Shown here in pieces: positions 61,495-64,000 of a stretch of DNA of 64,000 nt. Positions within the stretch are counted from its first letter, which is position 1, and each line of letters begins with the position of its first letter. The translations under genes were made by a program, and so were the position numbers. This DNA comes from Podarcis cretensis (taxonomy: Eukaryota). The notes under the pieces are model-generated. The model was not told the DNA's origin. It saw only the letters and a list, made by a program, of their open reading frames with translations, and ran no database searches. Location of the stretch: the NCBI GenBank assembly GCA_951804945.1, contig OX638160.1, forward strand, positions 40,300,001-40,364,000, written 5' to 3'.

Positions 61495-61875
61495 AATTAA
61501 AAAATTCCTTCCAGTAGCACCTTAAAGACCAACTAAGTTAGTTCTTGGTATGAGCTTTCGTGTGCATGCACACTTCTTCAGATACACTGAAACAGAAGTC
61601 ACCAGACCCTTCTATATAGTGAGAAGGTGGGGAGGGGTATTACTCAGAAGGGTGGTGGGATTGGGTGATTGGCAGATAGCTATGATGAGCCTGTTGACGA
61701 CTCTTAATGACTGCAATAGGTCTTACAGGAAAAAGCAAGGGGTGAGAAGGTGAAAAATGGCTTTGTCATGTATAATGAGATAAGAATCCAATGTCTTTGT
61801 TCAGACCAGGTCTCTCCATGGTTTTAAGTTTGGTAATAAGTTGCAATTCAGCAGCTTCTCTTTCCAGTCTATTTC
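61495..61875 (-). mobile_element. Penelope-like retroelement 3' end (C-terminus of the GIY-YIG endonuclease region plus 3'UTR/pLTR)
   Basis: Minus strand NRLEREAAELQLITKLKTMERPGLNKDIGFLSHYT*; 3'UTR with a hammerhead and terminal ttggtctttaaggtgctac. Confidence 0.85.
61548..61585 (-). ncRNA. Minimal type-I hammerhead ribozyme
   Basis: GUAU-CUGAAGA-A-GUGUGCAUGCACAC-GAAA-GC-UC^AUAC: intact core, helix I GUAU/AUAC, palindromic helix II, AGCU palindrome at helix III. Confidence 0.85.
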
Positions 61876-64000
61876 AGAAGAAGGTTTATATATGAATTTC
61901 CGTTAACTAAGTAAGCTGCAAGTTCTGTTACTTCTTTCCATTGGACAAAGAAAAATATCAAAACAAAACAAGACAAAACCACAACTTCCTGGATTTTGGT
62001 TTCCAGCACTAGGTTGCACATTGATATGCAAACATTAAGATAGTTACATTACCAACACTGAGGGACCTATAGCAAATGTCTTCGTTTTGTTTTGTTTTGT
62101 TGTGTTGTGTTTCATGATGGGCGTAAAGCCGAATAAACATTTTGATTGATATAGCAAATGTTGCAGGCCCCAAATGTTGGATAAGAACATGTACTGTGCA
62201 TAGTTACACTCACATGGTTGGTTCACATGGGGAATATGAAAAAGGAGGGCAAAGAGGCTGAGATAAGATGCAGTTAAGTAGTGGGGAACAAGAGCCTTGG
62301 TTGTTGGAAATGTAAAGTATGACTGTTGCTCTCTAGCAATGATTTAGGGGGTCACAGTTTCAAAAGACAAGAATGAAATAATTGTGTAATTTAGTTTAGA
62401 GTGAAATATGACCGTGCAATTTTAAACCAATTTCAAAAACTGGGTTACCCTGAAGATATCACTATAAAGGCAGGAAGAAAGGTTTTTTAAACATACAAAC
62501 AAACAACAGGTCATACTGTTTGATGACATGATTTTGTTTATCTCCATGTTCGATTCTGCCTTAAGTCCACATCAAGTGTTCCCTTTAAACCTCTCTCTGA
62601 GGTTCCTATAGCCTTGTTCCTGTCTCTCATCTGCTCCATCCTTTGCTCATCTGTTTGGATGGTATTCAGTTAAGTCTAACTCAGAGTACACCTATTACTG
62701 TTAGTGAACCTAAGTGAGGCATGCCCATTAATGTCAATGGATCTGCTCTGAGCAGGATTAGCAGTGAATACAACCCATTGTGGCCAATTGTTTCCCCTGC
62801 CCAGTCTTACTCTCTTCATGTTTCTGTCAGCATTTTGTTGGGTGGGGGGATAAAGGGGAAAGGAGTTTGTGTAATTGCCTCTTTGTTTCTCAAAGACATG
62901 GTTGGGAATTACTGTAACCAGAAAAGGGAGGAGTTGTGTCATTGCAGAGGAATATGGTGGTGGATTCTACATGGTCAGTAAATCTCATTAGATAAACTCT
63001 TTTCTGCAGTTGTGATTCAGACATTTTCTAGGCAATGGTGAGGGCTAGGAACATACTTGTAAAGTAACATTTTCAAACTCAAAATATGAGATACCCAGTT
63101 TCGTGCAATGCCGATTTAAAGTAATGATCCATGTACTGCTTGCAACATTGGCCTGGGCTGCACGCTAGTTTAAAGTGCATTATGTAATAGTCAGAGAGTG
63201 CCCTATCCACTGTTGTTCACTCCATCCTTCTGGCTGTTACAAAATGAAGACCACGGTAGTAAATTAAGCATGTTAATAATGCATTGGGTAGGGGGCAAAA
63301 TACTGTAATCCCTTTGTTGTAAATCTGTAACCTGCAATGTCCTGAATATACTGCTAAGATGTTTCTTTAGTTTATTAGATTCAGAGGGCTTGAAAAGAGA
63401 ATGGAATCCACATTTAATGGAAAAGAAATGTTTTATATTCTGAATAAAATAGGTTACAGCATTTACCTTCTACAAATGGGGAAGGATTTTCCAAATACAC
63501 CAATGAAGGGTTTTATTTTTATGCCTGCACAACTGTACAGTTGGAATATTATTGTTGGAATGTTCCTATTAGATAACTGAATTCAGGGCCTTCTTAAGCA
63601 TTTCTGGTGCTGTGGTGTAAAGATCCCTCCAGCCCCTTCCCTTTTTTTAGGGTGCTGACACCACGCTTACACATTATTTCTGCTTGGGGGAAAAAAACAG
63701 GAAACATAAACAAAATTTTAGTTGCTCATTTATTAACAATGCACATATACAGTATACGACACCACCACATTGATTTTGGCAGATTTAAGACAAATTATCT
63801 TCTTATGTAACACCTTGTTTTTAACAATGTTGATTTCTTTTTAAATTCAGAATACCTGAGTTATTCATGTAAAATAGTTTGATACAGTACATTGTATGGT
63901 ATAGTTTTTCCTCACATTCTAAGGTTCTCCTAACACCTTAATCCTTTGCTTTAATAAGGGAGACCTTAAAACAATGTGCAAATGTATTTTAAAATAATTG

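Overview
Vertebrate genomic DNA from a squamate reptile, most likely a lacertid lizard (inferred from Sauria SINE, BovB, Squam2/Squam3-like SINEs, CR1, L2 and Penelope-like repeats). About 54 kb is a transposon-rich, gene-free region. It is followed by a CpG-island promoter and the first coding exon (54285-54360, [25 protein letters not shown], phase-1 GT donor) of an Elk-subfamily potassium channel gene, most likely KCNH8; the rest of the window is intron 1. Almost every other ORF in the supplied track is a retrotransposon fragment or chance. There is a 211-nt assembly gap at 24621-24831. Most notable observations: (1) an intact minimal type-I hammerhead ribozyme in a Penelope-like 3' end in intron 1, plus two decayed copies; (2) two divergent ~0.8 kb elements without TG..CA ends (DIRS/Ngaro-like by inference) that insert at CAA and share a covarying structured motif, one also carrying a Sox-Oct composite site; (3) a solo LTR whose first ~390 nt encode an acidic/Pro-rich peptide ending in a decayed RRSARL-like (HMGN-type) motif; (4) an RE1/REST-like site in intron 1 and an overlapping uORF at the channel start codon; (5) a long and a short member of one hAT family, and several TE nests whose order is fixed by TSDs. 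Repeat family names come from recognising the sequence, not from database searches.
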